Shown one piece after another: positions 1 through 13,100 of a stretch of DNA of 64,000 bases (position 1 is its first letter; every line of letters begins with the position of its first letter). Location of the stretch: NCBI GenBank assembly GCA_964016885.1, contig OZ024749.1, positions 10,478,001 through 10,542,000 of the forward strand, read 5' to 3'. Origin of the DNA: Eledone cirrhosa (taxonomy: Eukaryota). The translations under genes were made by a program, and so were the position numbers. Below the pieces are notes generated by a model. That model did no database searches. It was not told the DNA's origin and was given only the letters and a program-made list of their open reading frames with translations.

Positions 1-809
1 ATTGTTTAAATGGTGCAGTTTAGAAATTCTCGTGAGTGGAGAGTATATTTATGAAGTTTTAATATTTTGATATTTAAAATGTTCTAAGTGTCATTTAGAA
101 TAGTTTTTATTTCACAACTTTATTATGTAATGAATTTTTACCAATTTCCGACTATTTTGAAAGCCATATTCATTGAAAATATATAAAAAGCAATAGAAAA
201 TATGAATTTCACATCCAAAGTGAAAATATTTTTGCACCTCATTTACATAGAATTTTGAAGTTGGTGAAAATCGGCAAAATATAAGCCGTCCCCCATTTTA
301 CCATCGATTATTTTTTGTTACATATTTCTCAGCTTATATACAAGTATATACAGTAGTTATAACCTCATTATCAGAAATAGCTATCATAAAACATTTATTT
401 AAGACCAGTAAAAATCCAGCTTCCATCTTTTCTGTTGCCTCTCTTCTTCTCACTCTATTGGTCAGTTGATAGCTGGCACCTGGCTGTAGCAGTCACTGGT
501 CATTAAGGCACTGCTGTAGCCAGGTCAGTAAATCTGCTGTGCACAAGGCAATATCTTATTTCAACCAAATTTCAACATATCACAACAAAATGCTTTCATC
601 TCTGAACACTACATTTAGCAACCTGTTAATGAAACTTATATCAAACCTTTTACTTATCCTGGTTGTGATATATTTTGCTACATGGTGTCGTTGTACATCA
701 TGGCACAAATGAAAATATCAAAATTAGCAGTTTGATTTTCCTTGTTAATCTGTTTCGATTTATTATTGGTCCTGATCATTATGTACAACACACTACAATT
801 CAATGACTA

Positions 810-923
810 ACAACACACACAGCAACCAACCACATAACTCACAACAAACACAGCAACCAACCACATAACTCACAACACACACAGCAACCAACCACATAAC
901 TCACAACACACAGCAACCAACCA
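810..923. repeat. Short ~32-bp CA-rich tandem repeat, ~3.5 copies
   Basis: The unit acaacacacacagcaaccaaccacataactc repeats. Confidence 0.85.
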
Positions 924-1021
924 GAGAGAGCTTTTTCTCGTGGCATCAGCACTACCACATTATATATATATAGTTTATTTTATCATGTTATTAAAGTGCA
1001 TATATATATATGTACAGATGG

Positions 1022-1343
1022 AGGCACATGGCTTAGTGGTTAGAGCATTGGCCTTGCAATCGAAAGGTTGTGATTTCAATTCTCAGACCGGGTGATGTGT
1101 TGTTTCCTTGAGCAAGACACTTTATTTCACATTGCTCCAGTTTACTCAGCTGTAGAAATGAGATGATAGGGACTGGGGTCCCTATCATTCCACTGCAAAG
1201 TGGTCGTGGAGGTGCCACGGCAAAAAAGCACCCAGCACTCACTGTAAATGAGGTTGGTGTTAGGAAGGGCATCCAGCTGTAGAAATCAAGCCAGAATCAG
1301 TTCCCGTCCCACCCCTGCAAGCAGGGAAAAGTGGACGTAAAAT
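1022..1343 (+). mobile_element. tRNA-headed SINE with RTE-LINE-like 3' tail (family S2)
   Basis: A-box-like tggcttagtgg and B-box-like gatttcaattc. The 3' end resembles the RTE tail at 26670-26820. A near-identical inverted copy lies at 19627-19954. Confidence 0.8.
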
Positions 1344-1389
1344 GAGCACACACACACACATTTCATCTTATTATGTTATGTATCATAAT

Positions 1390-2190
1390 CTATTTACCTA
1401 TGCCTACTTTGAAAAACTCAACTTTACACTCACAGAAGATCTGAAGAAGAGGGAGGAATACTACTCCTATTGGTGCCTTCAGCCTAACCTAAGCAAAACC
1501 ATTGTGACTGCCTTTCATCTCAGCACCAGACAAACTAGGATGAAACTCAAGGTCTCCTTCTGTGGTAGACCTGTCAAGAATGGACCACACCTCAAATATC
1601 TTGGTGTAACATTGGATGGCAGACTAACTTACCAAAAATGGTTGCTGGAAAGCTCAAGACCAGGATTAATATCATCCACAAGTTAGCAAGAAAGAGTTGG
1701 GGGCCTGATGCACATCACCTACACTCTAAACTGCATGCTTAGTACTTGCATACTCAGCTGCAGAGTACTGTTCACAAGTGTGCACAGGGAGGTGCTATAT
1801 CAAGCAAGTCAACACCATCCTCAACTCTTCAATGATAATAGTATCTGGCACACTGAAATCTACACCTACCTAGTGGATGCCTACCCTTTCTCATATAGTT
1901 CCTTCTCAAATGCAGTGTCAGGAACAAGTCCAAGCCTGACCTTCCCATTTATGAAGTCCTGGAAAACCTTCCTAACATGTGCTCGAAATCACACAAACCA
2001 TTCTGAGAATCAATGAAGACCCTTCAGGACAAAAGCTTTGATTTGAAGGAAGAGTGGTGAAGATCATGGAATGAGTCCAAATTTGCCAACCAAGACCTCA
2101 TCCAGGACCCCACATCTAAGCCAGCCGGCTTTGACCTTCCCAGAAAGCAATGGGTGTCCCTTAACTTGATCCACACAATACATGCTAGGA
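1390..2190 (+). pseudogene. Degenerate non-LTR reverse transcriptase C-terminal fragment (Jockey/I-group-like)
   Basis: WCLQPNLSKT...HLKYLGVTLDGRLTY RT-thumb motif, with frameshifts. Confidence 0.7.
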
Positions 2191-2195
2191 CAGTC

Positions 2196-4030
2196 CATCA
2201 TCATCATTTTTATGCCCACTTTTCCATGCTTGCAAGGGTCGGATGGGTCCTTCTCCACACGTCGCAACCCTTTGTCATTGCTTCTGTGAGTCGCAGTGAT
2301 TTGAGGTCAACTCTCATCACCTCTGCTCAGGTCTTTCTTGACATTTCCTGGCACTTCTTCACCCAACAATCATTGCCCATGCGCAGTACATGTCAAAACC
2401 AACGCAAAATCCTGCACACCACCTCAAATTCCCCTTAAACCCAGCTCTTCCTCTCTCTCACACTTACATTGCACATCCAACAAAGCATGGCTGCTTCATT
2501 TCTCTCCAGTTTACACATCCCCTGCAGTCACAGACCATATTTCACTACTATGCATTTTGCCCTCAGGCATCATACAGTCGTCCTTTTGTATGTAGGAGAA
2601 ACCTTTAGTGGACAACAGTGGGAGTAGCTCTTTGAACTTTTTCCATCCTATCCTTATCCTAGCTATTATGCTCTCAGAATACCTGCTTCCATTGCTAATT
2701 ATGTTGCCCAGATAGCAGAAGCTGTCAACCATTTTTATGGGTCCTTCCTGTGACTGGAATAGGCTTACATCACTGGTTATCTTCCCCTCAGTTACCCCTG
2801 TGCATCCTCCACAAACTAAGTCTTCCCTTTCTGCTAGCTTACTCATTATCCCTCAACATCTCTTGTGTACCCAAGATTTACATTGTGTACATTGTATGAA
2901 GTTTATGCCTACTCCTTTTCTGCATGCTGAGCATGGCCACTTCCCTGAAGGAATCTGGTGCCTACCTTCTCTACTACTCACTAGAACTTTAGTTATGGCT
3001 AAGTTTACTCTTAGGCCTTTTGATTCTAAATTTTGTTTCCATAGTGAGAACTTATTTTATAGGTGTTTAACGAATTTATCTATAAAAACCAGATCATCTG
3101 CATAGAGAAGTTCCCATGGGCAGCTGGTCTAAACTCCTGTTATAGCTTGGAGAACTATAATGAATAGTAGCAGGCTAAGAACCAAACCTTGATGAACTCC
3201 TACCTGTACCTTGAATTCCTCACTAAACTCATTTCCTCTCATTTTTGCTGACAACTCCACCAACCATTCTCCTACACCTAATTTACTTAAGGACCACCAG
3301 ATAAAAGATTGGAGTACTCTGTCAAATGCTTTTTCTAGGTCAACAAAAGCTAGGTATAGTGGCTTGTAGTTGCCTCACTAAGAAGAGGGCATCTGTAGTA
3401 CTTTTCCCAAGCACGAAACCAAACTACACCTCATCTAATTGGACTCTTTCTGTCACTTTCATAACTTGGCCCATTAGTTTTATTCCTCTATAGCTGCTCC
3501 TTTCTAGAGCATCACCTTTGCCCTTGTAGCAATTTATGTATGATTGTACTCCTGCGCGAGTCATTGGGTATGACTCGGTTCTGTGTTACCTGCCTGCCCA
3601 TGTGGGTTACTAGTTTGACTCCTTCTCCCGATGCTTTTAGCATCTCAGCAACTATTTATGTTGGTCTCGCAGCTTTACTATTTTTCATCTCTTTAATTGT
3701 TTTTTTTAACCCTATAACTGTTAACTTCAATGGCTGGCCGTTCTGTTGGGTGGGTTGGGGGTAATCTCTCCTCCTCCCATAGTAACATTTCCAGGCCTCT
3801 TTCTTTAGAGCATTAGTGGTGCTAAATACATTGTCATCGTTTTTAACACATTTTCCCCCCAACAACATCATGATTCACATTAACACACTACTTAGCAATA
3901 TGGAACACTTCACACCTCTGATAATCATGTCTCCAGACATTGGCAAATTTACTTTCTTCAGCCTCTCTCCAAGCTGTGTACACTTGTTGCCTAGCTTTTT
4001 TCGTAGCCAGCTGGTACCAGTCTCTACTAC
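2196..4030 (-). mobile_element. Degenerate RTE-clade LINE (RT with inserted PHD-like Cys finger; GAT tail)
   Basis: VDSFCYLG...[36 protein letters not shown] and LLYADDL remnants; (cat)n tail at about 2197. Confidence 0.85.
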
Positions 4031-4075
4031 CCCAATTTTTCTAAGCTACGAGATAGACAGGTTATTAAAACTTAC

Positions 4076-4167
4076 CTTAACTAAATAACCAACAGCTGAA
4101 GCATAAGATTTTCTTACAGCAACATTACGGTCCGAGAGTCCACTCAACATTGAGTTCAACAGTTTAC
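4076..4167 (-). CDS. ECM29: ECM29 exon 19 ([30 protein letters not shown])
   Basis: Acceptor ctacag, donor gtaagt, 92 nt. Confidence 0.93.
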
Positions 4168-7100
4168 CTGTAGTAATAGAAACAATGTGTAACTTGTTAC
4201 AACAACACCTGGTTTAACACTTTAGCATTTACATTACTCTATATTTAATATCGAATCTATGAGATTTTGATATTATTTATTTTGAGAACAATATGTTAAT
4301 GTCAATATGAGCAGTCAGTTACAGCCGGTTTGAAAAGAAAGAGGTGAGAGAATTCTGGCCAGATATGGCCGGTTTAAATGTTAAAGGGTTCAGGTATTTT
4401 CCTCATCTAAATCAGGGGCTAGTGGGCCCCATGACAAGTCTTATCATCTGCATCCCTCCTCACCAACACTCTTGGCTTTCATTTCCTCTTCCATCATTTT
4501 TAGACATGTCTTGGTCACCCCTTTTTCCTCTACCTCTCTCCACATTTTCACCACTCCTCTCACCCAGTCACAAACATTTACAATATTGGGAATTTATAAA
4601 GAAAGATTAAGATGCCATGTTATAAGATTGAATCCCAAACTCCAGGAATGTGAAGTGGATTTCTTAACCATTTATGTTAATTCAAGTCTTATTGGTGAGA
4701 TGGAAACTGTTTAGAAGCCAATTCAACAGACTCTCTCTGTAATACCATGGCTCAGCCTAGTCAGACATGATGCTATGCTGAATCACCTTCACTTAAGCCT
4801 TGTTATTGTAATTGGGTAGATGAAAACTGTGTGGAAGCCCACTGGATGGACTGTACCAGTAATTCAATGAGCCAGCCAAGTCACATATTGTGTCACACTA
4901 GGAAGAATGTTAAGGCTACATGAGTGTGGAATACTCAGCCATGTTGGCCATTCCATTCACTGAACAACTGGGATACACATCACTGAAACGGTCTGTTCAA
5001 ATTTTACAATGGTTAAGAAATTGTGTGTGTGTGCGTGTGTGTGTGTATGTGTGTACAAGATTGCTTGGTGTGGAGGGTGATTTGGACATCCTGCAGCATG
5101 AAAAGCAAAACCCGACAAAGAGCGGAGGAACTCATGAGAGTCAATGGCAATCCGATCAAACATGTACATATTTTTGAACCTTTAAGGTTAACTTTGCCTT
5201 TCATCCTTACAGGGTCGATAAAATAAAGTACCAGTAATGTAGTGGGTAATTGCTAGCCTTGTGCCAATAGTAGAAACATTTATATATATATTTATGTGGA
5301 TATCTCTTTTTAAAAAAAAAAAATCATTTTAATCTTTTAACCTTTAATTTTTTTTGACAGGGTAGGGTGGGGGTAGTAGCTCTGTAACCTTAGAAGAAGG
5401 AAATTCCAATGTAAAACCTGAGTTTCATGAAGTATTCACTCTTGTCCAACCATTTGTCACACAGAATAGGAACTTCATGCACCAAAGAGCAGTGCTGTGC
5501 AAGCTACATCCACTTTTAAAATAATATTTCACACAGGTACTTCTTGTACACTTTCTCCGTTATCTAAGATCGTAACAAGGGGTTGGCAGTAACCTAAAAA
5601 TGTACCTATAATTCTAATTGAAATGTCTCACATAAAGTCAGTAAATGGCAGAAAGGACTAGGGATCTGCTGGTGAACAAACAGGTCTGGCCTGGCACGTG
5701 CCCTAGGTTGCTACAGCCTGGGCCTGGTCATCATCTTGCTACTGTGACAAACACAAACTATCAACCAAAAATAAACCTAGGGTCAGTATGAACTTTGCTG
5801 GTTGGAATGTACAAACTCTCTTAGGCAACAATAAGTCTGATAGAGCAGAACGTTGCACAGCATTAATTGCAAAAGAAATTGGTAAATGTGATCTGAACGC
5901 CATTGCATTATCTGAGACACCTGGAGATGGTGAACTTACTGAAAAGCCATCAAGTTACACTTTCTGTTGAAAAGGTTTGCCTGAAGGACAAAGGAGAGAT
6001 TCAAGTGTTGGTTTTGCTATTAAAAACTCAATCCTAGACTGTATCCAAGAATTTTCAAGTGGTGTATCTGAACGCATATCTTTCTGGTTCCAACTAAAAG
6101 GTCGATTCCTGACAATTGTGAGTATTTACACATCGACAATATCACATTCCATTGAAAAATTTTATCATGATCTTGAGAATCTGGTGTGAAAAGTTCCAAG
6201 GGAAGGTAGTCATCATGGGTGACTTTAATGATAGAGTGGGAGTAGGTCATGCCACTTGGCCTGTTTTGGGAAAGCATGGCACTGGAAAATGCAACAAAAA
6301 TGGACTATCTCTTCTCACATTTTGTACCGAATACCAGCTAGTTATCTCAAATACTTTCTTCAAGTAAAAAGAGAAATATAAAACCACATGGATGCACCTT
6401 AGGTCCAAGCACTGACACCATGACCATATATTAGTTCGCAAGGCAGCTTTGAATGATGTCACTAGTGTCCGAGTAATGAGAGGTGTAGAATGTTGGATGG
6501 ACCATAGGCTCATTAGGAGGAAATTCAATTTCTCAATCAGGCAAACAATCAGAAAGGCAGGGTCTAAAATACCAAAGAGAATAAACACTACAAACTTCAA
6601 ATTGAAAAGTTTTCGAGATGGACTTATGAGCATTACTCTCAATGAAAATAACCTTTAGGAGAGTTTCAAGTCTCAAGTCTATGAAGTTGCATCAAGCACT
6701 TTCGTTTTCAAATCTAAGAAGGTGGCTGATTGGTTTGCTGATAATGACTTGGAAGTGTCAAGACTCCTGCATGAAAAATATGAGTTGTGCAAACATTCTA
6801 GGAAAGTTAAAAAAACCCGAACAGAAACAGTGAGTTTAAGGCTATTAAATGAAAAATTCAAAGCAGTCTTTGGCAAATGAAAGAAATTTGGTGTCACTAG
6901 AAAGTCAATGAAACACAAGCAGCTGCAGATCGCAAAGACTCTAAGGCCTTCTTTTCATATATAAAAGAAGTATTTGGTCCTACAACAACAGCAATATCCC
7001 GTGAGATCTGTTGATGGACAACATTTTACAGATGTCATGTCCATACAGAGTCATTGGGTGCAACACAACACTGATCTGCTTAACAGACTATCAAATGTGA

Positions 7101-10100
7101 ATATGGACACAATTGAGAGAATAGACAACTTTCCAGTCATTGAAGAAATGTCTTCTGAGCCTTCATTAAATGACATCACCACAGCTGTGAAGAAGTTAAA
7201 TAACAATAAATCTCCTGGTATTGACGGTATCATCATCATCATCATGGTTTAACGTCCATCTTCCATGTTAGCAGTTCAGAAATATTGAAATTTGGTGGAC
7301 AAAGAATTATTGAAATATTTCACTCACTACTTTTGCATTTTGGAGAGTGGAGCAAACACCATAGGACTAGATCGATGCAATTTTGATATCACTTTTAAAA
7401 TCTGGTTCTAAAGATTTATGCGGTAACTTTCGTGGCATATCTTGGTTATCTGTTGTTGTAAAGGTACTCTCGTGTATTCTTTCAGAGTATCTTCTCAAAT
7501 TCATTGTACCAACAAATGTGTCAGAATTGTAGTGTGGTTTTCACTTTTCTCATGGGACAGCTGACATGATTTTCTCTATCTATCAGCTACAAGAAAAATT
7601 CATGGAGCAAAGCATGGGGTTATATCATTGTTTTGTAGACCTTAATAAAGCTATCGACACTGTTAACTGGACTGCACAGTGGTTGATGTTGAAAAGATTT
7701 GGCCGTCCTGAAAAATTTGTAAATATGATTAAAACCTTCCATAATGATATAAAGGCCCGTATTAATGTTGGTGGTACTTTTTCAGAACAGTGTACAGTGG
7801 AAAATGGAGTGAAGTACCAACACTCTTCGTTATCTATTTTGTGGTGATGCTATCAAATACCTTTGTAACATTAACAATTGGAGTCTTTATCCGAGATCAC
7901 TCTTTAGGAAATGTATTCAATTTGGTTAGAATGAGATTCAACTCTAAAGTCTTCATCTCTTTCATCTGTGACTTTCTATATGTAGATGACTGTGACCTAA
8001 TAAGTCTCACTAAGGAGAGCTTGCAAAGCCTTATCAGTGGTTTTGATGTTGTTTGTGATGTGTTCGGTCTTATAATTAATCTGAAAAAAACTTGTAATGC
8101 ATCAACCCTTCTCCTGGGGAGCAGATAATTGCACCTCAAATCCTTGTTATGGGCACAATGCTAAGGACAGTGCCCTCATTTGAATACCTTGGCAATATGA
8201 TGGCAAATGGGATATTGAAATCACATCTTGTATACAAAAGGCAGCAAAAGCCTTTGGTGAACTAGAAATTAAAGTCTGGTTACAACGTCATATTAAATTG
8301 GAGACTAAGATTGCTGTATACATCTCATTTGTACTCTCCGTACTACTGTTTTCATCTGAGATATGGACGTTGTACACACGACATGTTAAATGTTTGGAGC
8401 AGTTTCACCAAAAATACCTCCGGCATATACACAAAGCCGGCTGCAGAAGCTGAACCTCTTCTCCTTGGAGTGTTGACGGCTAAGAGGCGATCTCATTTTG
8501 GCTTACAATCTCTTCAATGGCCATTACGATCTCCCTCAAGATCTCCTATTCACTCCGGCACTTGAAAGGGGTGTACGTGGACATGACAAAAGCTGTTTCA
8601 CCGCCGCTTTCGCTTAAATAGACGGAAAGCTGCTTTCTCGATCCGCATCTCTGGACCTTGGAATCCCGCTTCCAGAAGAAGTAGTCAACGCGTCAACCAC
8701 GCAACAATTCAAGGCGAAATTGGACCGGTGTTGGACCACTGTGTTTCAAACTGTGTAAATGTTGACCCCTCTCCCTTCCTTACATGGCATCTGAAGCATC
8801 TATGTTTTAATTTCTGACAAATATATTGAATTGAATTGAATAAACTGGAACACATTTGTTCTAGACACAGATTATTGTTGGGACAAAAGTTATATCTACT
8901 CAAGCTATGCTTATTAGGAAACAGTTAAGATGGACAGGTCACATTATTTATATGAGTGGTGGATTGGCAGTATCGGTAGAGGGTCGGACGCCATGCTTTC
9001 CAGCATAGTTACATCCCTTTACGGTCTGAGTTCAAATCCCACCGAGGTTGACTTTGCCTTTCATCCTTACGGGGTCGAAAAAATAAAGTACCAGTAATGC
9101 ACTGGGTAATTGCTGGCCTTGTGCCTAAAGTAGAAACAATTATTTATATGAGTGGTAGATGCATCCCTAAGAAAATGTTTTATGGTGAACTGAAGCTGGG
9201 AAAAAGGTTAAATTGTAAGCCAAGGAAGAGATACAGAGAGTCTCTAAAAGTGAACTTAAAACGTCAACATATCCTACAGAAATCTTGAATCATGTGCAGC
9301 AGATAGAATGGACCAGAGAAATGCCATTTGGAATGGAGTTAAAGCAGTTGAAATGGAGAGGATAAAACATGCAGAACTGAAAAGGAAACTGCAGAAGAAT
9401 GAGACTAACAGAAATAATGGTGAATCTTATCCAGCGTTGGTTTTCAAATGCCCTGTGGACCCTAAGGTGTGCCTTTCGAATTCTGGCTTGAAGTCACACT
9501 AGAATATACATCTTGGCATGATTTCTGTTGCAAAGATTTATATTCTAGTGTGACTTTAAGCTAGAAGCAGGTAGAGAAGTTCAAGTATCTGAGGGCCGTG
9601 TTCATGAGTGATGAAGGCATCAGGCTGAATTAAGTGCAAGAGTTGCAGGAATTGGTGCAGTAATGCGCTAGCTTCAGCATTCAGTAATCAGAAGAAGGGA
9701 GTTGGGTATAAAAGCCAAACTTGCAATCTTTAATTTGGTATTCATTCCAATCCTTACCTATGATAATCCTTACCTTGGGTAATGACTGAAAGAATATGAT
9801 TGCGAACACAAGCGGCCAAAATGGGATCCTCTGAAGGGAGTAATGTTGGTGAGGATTGTAGTTTTTTTTTGTTTTTGTTTGCATGTAAGGATCAGTCACA
9901 TATCCTATAATTTTCAGTCGGTCAGCAATCTTTTTTTTCTGTTTTAGTAATATATGATGGTATTTTTGGTGGTGTTTTGTTCTTGTTAATATCTCTGTTA
10001 ATGTTTCACTGTCGTTGCCAGGGCATATAAACAGACACTGATTTGCCAAAGTGCAGGGGTTTTATAATTCATCGTAAATATTCACCCCCAATTTCATCAA

Positions 10101-13100
10101 TAGCACACAGGATTTCATTATCTGGTTTCATTATTGTTTAGTACTGTTGTTTTATATTGTTCTGTAAGAGAAATGTTTATGAATTAATTTCTGGAAAGTT
10201 TCATTGGGGGTATATTTCAATTGTTTATACTCTTGATTTTCCAAGCTAATGACAGATGTATTATTATTAATCCTTTAATGTTCAAACCGGCCAGAATTTC
10301 TCTACCTTTTTCGGTTGAAACTGGCTGTAACTGGTCACTCATACTGATGTTAAGGTATTGTTCTCAAAATAAATACTTTCAAAATCTCATAGATTCAATA
10401 CTATGTAAGATAATTATGCGAGATAAAGTCTTTACCATGAAAATATAATAGTATATATAGAGTAATGTGAATACTAAAGGGTTAACAGTGTTTTCCACAA
10501 CAGTCGAGGTAAAATCAGTTGATACACATGGTGTCAAATTTCTCACTGGCATAGTTGTTTCAAGGGAGGGTTTGTGTATTGCTCTTGTTTGTTGATGTTC
10601 AGCCTGGCTGCTAGAAAGTCTAGTAACATGGCAGCTTGTAGCACATATTGACTGCATGTTCGATCCGGGGGACTTACTGATTTAGCTCTGGATGTATTTC
10701 GTCCCAGTGTAGCTTCATTCTGTTCATATAGCCAATGGAGGGATGTTTTTTTGCTATTTTATAACATTTTATGAATCATTGTTAAGTTCGTAACTCCAAG
10801 AGAAATGCGATTTATAATTTTGGTTCCTTCTGTAGCTACAACTGAATAACTTTTGTTTACCTTTCTCGTTGTTTTTCTTTAGTTCTCCGCTAAGGTTGAT
10901 GTTGTGTTCAGCCATGCTGTTTGTAGCAAATCATTGTAAAATGAATTTAGTATTTAGTTGGATATCTCTAAAATTCGAATAAAAGGTGTCTTCAGTGGGT
11001 ATAGTTGGAAGAATATCCAGTTATTCAACATGACTGGTAGTTGTGGCATTACTATCTGAGATAGTTTTCATCTTAAATTTAATGAATAATCTCTCACACC
11101 AATATATGCGACTGGTCACATTGATGTATGTATGTAGTGAGAAATATTAAAAAGAAATGCTTAAATGGGTTAAAAGAAATGCTTAAGAGGTTAAATGGTA
11201 AATGTAAAAGTTGAACCAACCTGCATAAGGTGTTAAATCATGAGGACATTGGGTGACTAGAGATGTGATGAGGCTGGCACATCCTGCCTGGAAGTACAGG
11301 GAAACTAACAGTTGGAGTGAAATGTATTGATCATTATATACACACATAGATATATAGATACACATATGCACACACACGTCTATCATCATTTTACATCTGC
11401 TTTTCCATGCTTGCATGGGTTGGACGGGTCTTTTTCAGCACAGCATCACCCCACTTGTTGCAATCCATTGTCATCTCGACTGTGAGAGTCAGCAATTTGA
11501 TATCTCAAAACTTACTTCCTTTGTCTTCCATTACTACTGTTTCCTTCCACAGATATTTTTGACACTTCTTCACCCAATGATCACCATCCATATACATCAC
11601 ATGTCCATACCAGCAGTTTTCTCCCCTCACACAATATCTGATTCCTCTTACATTTAGTTTCTCTTTCAGTTCATCCATGCTTTATTGTTCACACATTAAT
11701 ATTACACATCTATCACAACATGCTTGCCTCATTTCTCTCCAGCTTCCACATATCCTCACCAGTCACATCCCATTTCACATATCCTCACCATTTACAACTG
11801 CTGTTTCACATATCCTCACTAGTCACAGCTCCTGTTTCACATATCCTCACCATTTACAACTGCTGTTTCACATATCCTCACCATTCACAGCCCCCATTTC
11901 ACATATTCTCACCATTTACAACTGCTGTTTCACATATCCTCACCATTCACAGCCCCCGTTTCACATATCCTCACCATTTACAACTGCTGTTTCACATATC
12001 CTCACCATTCACAGCCCCTGTTTCACATATCCTCACCATTTACAACTGCTGTTTCACATATCCTCACCATTCACAGCCCCCGTTTCACATATCCTCAGCA
12101 GCCACAGCCCGTTTCCCATATCCTCACCAGTCATAGACCCTGTTTCATATATCCTCACCAGTCACAGACCCTGTTTTACACATCCTTTCTTCTTATTTCA
12201 AAGTTAGTTAAAGTGTTTTGTGAAATGAGAGGTTGATGAGGCTGGAGCTTTCTCCAGTTTCAAGAGGCGGAGAATACAAGATTACCCCCTCTGGATAGGG
12301 TGTCAGTCTTTCACAAGATTACCCTCTCTGGATAGGGTCAGCCTTTCACAAGATTACCCCTTCTCAATAGGGTGCGAGTCTTTCACAAGATTAATTCCCA
12401 GCTACGGCCACTCAGGTTGCTTTTGAGTGCTACTGGTAACATGTAGTCTAGTACAACCTGCTGCATGGTTGGGCCGTCGGCAATTAAACCAACAACCCTA
12501 CCAAAAGGGTGGATGAACTCAGGAGAATCAATGGCCATCCAATAAAATATGTAAATATGTATATACTATACTTGTGTACTTTTATACATTTTAATCTTTT
12601 TTTTTCAACTTTCACTGTAGATATGTATGTTAGGAACAGGAGGGGAAGTAGTACCTGTGAGAGGGTCACACTTTTCATGGAGTGGCCAGGATCTTAATGG
12701 TTCCCCTCTCTGTGCCTAGCCCATGTTTTAGCTCCACAGATACTGCTTGTGTACAGCAGTGGTCTCACCCCAGGCAATGGCTTTGACTGGCCAGCTGAAT
12801 TATGCAGATGAACTTAGGGGCTATGACTGTCTTTTCCAAGTAGACTATGGTATGTAGGTAACTGAGAAAATGGTGAGCAGCCAAAATATTTTTGGAACTG
12901 GTCATCTTTTCATTGTGTCAGCCAAAAGATGCCACAAGTGCAGTACAATGGCTGAGATAACCCACCCAGTTCAGGCATTGTAAACTACTATGAGTATCTT
13001 GCTTAGTTTAATCATGGGTCAAAAATCATCATCATCATCATTTAACGTCTATTTTCCATGGTTATTTAGCATGAGTTAGATGGGCTTGTCCCATTTAGAG

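Larger units (their letters stand above)
5770..9500 (+). mobile_element. Near full-length degenerate RTE/BovB-like LINE (APE endonuclease + RT) with nested insertions
   Basis: [51 protein letters not shown] and [10 protein letters not shown] motifs occur in order, with many stops. Confidence 0.9.

Noticed and set aside
1-1020. Next ECM29 exon (expected SSxEKL..W-like)
   Set aside because: No matching frame with splice sites was found here or elsewhere below 4075; it presumably lies outside the window.
1022-1095. tRNA gene
   Set aside because: It has A/B-box-like motifs but no clean cloverleaf and continues into a dispersed repeat body, so it is a SINE head.
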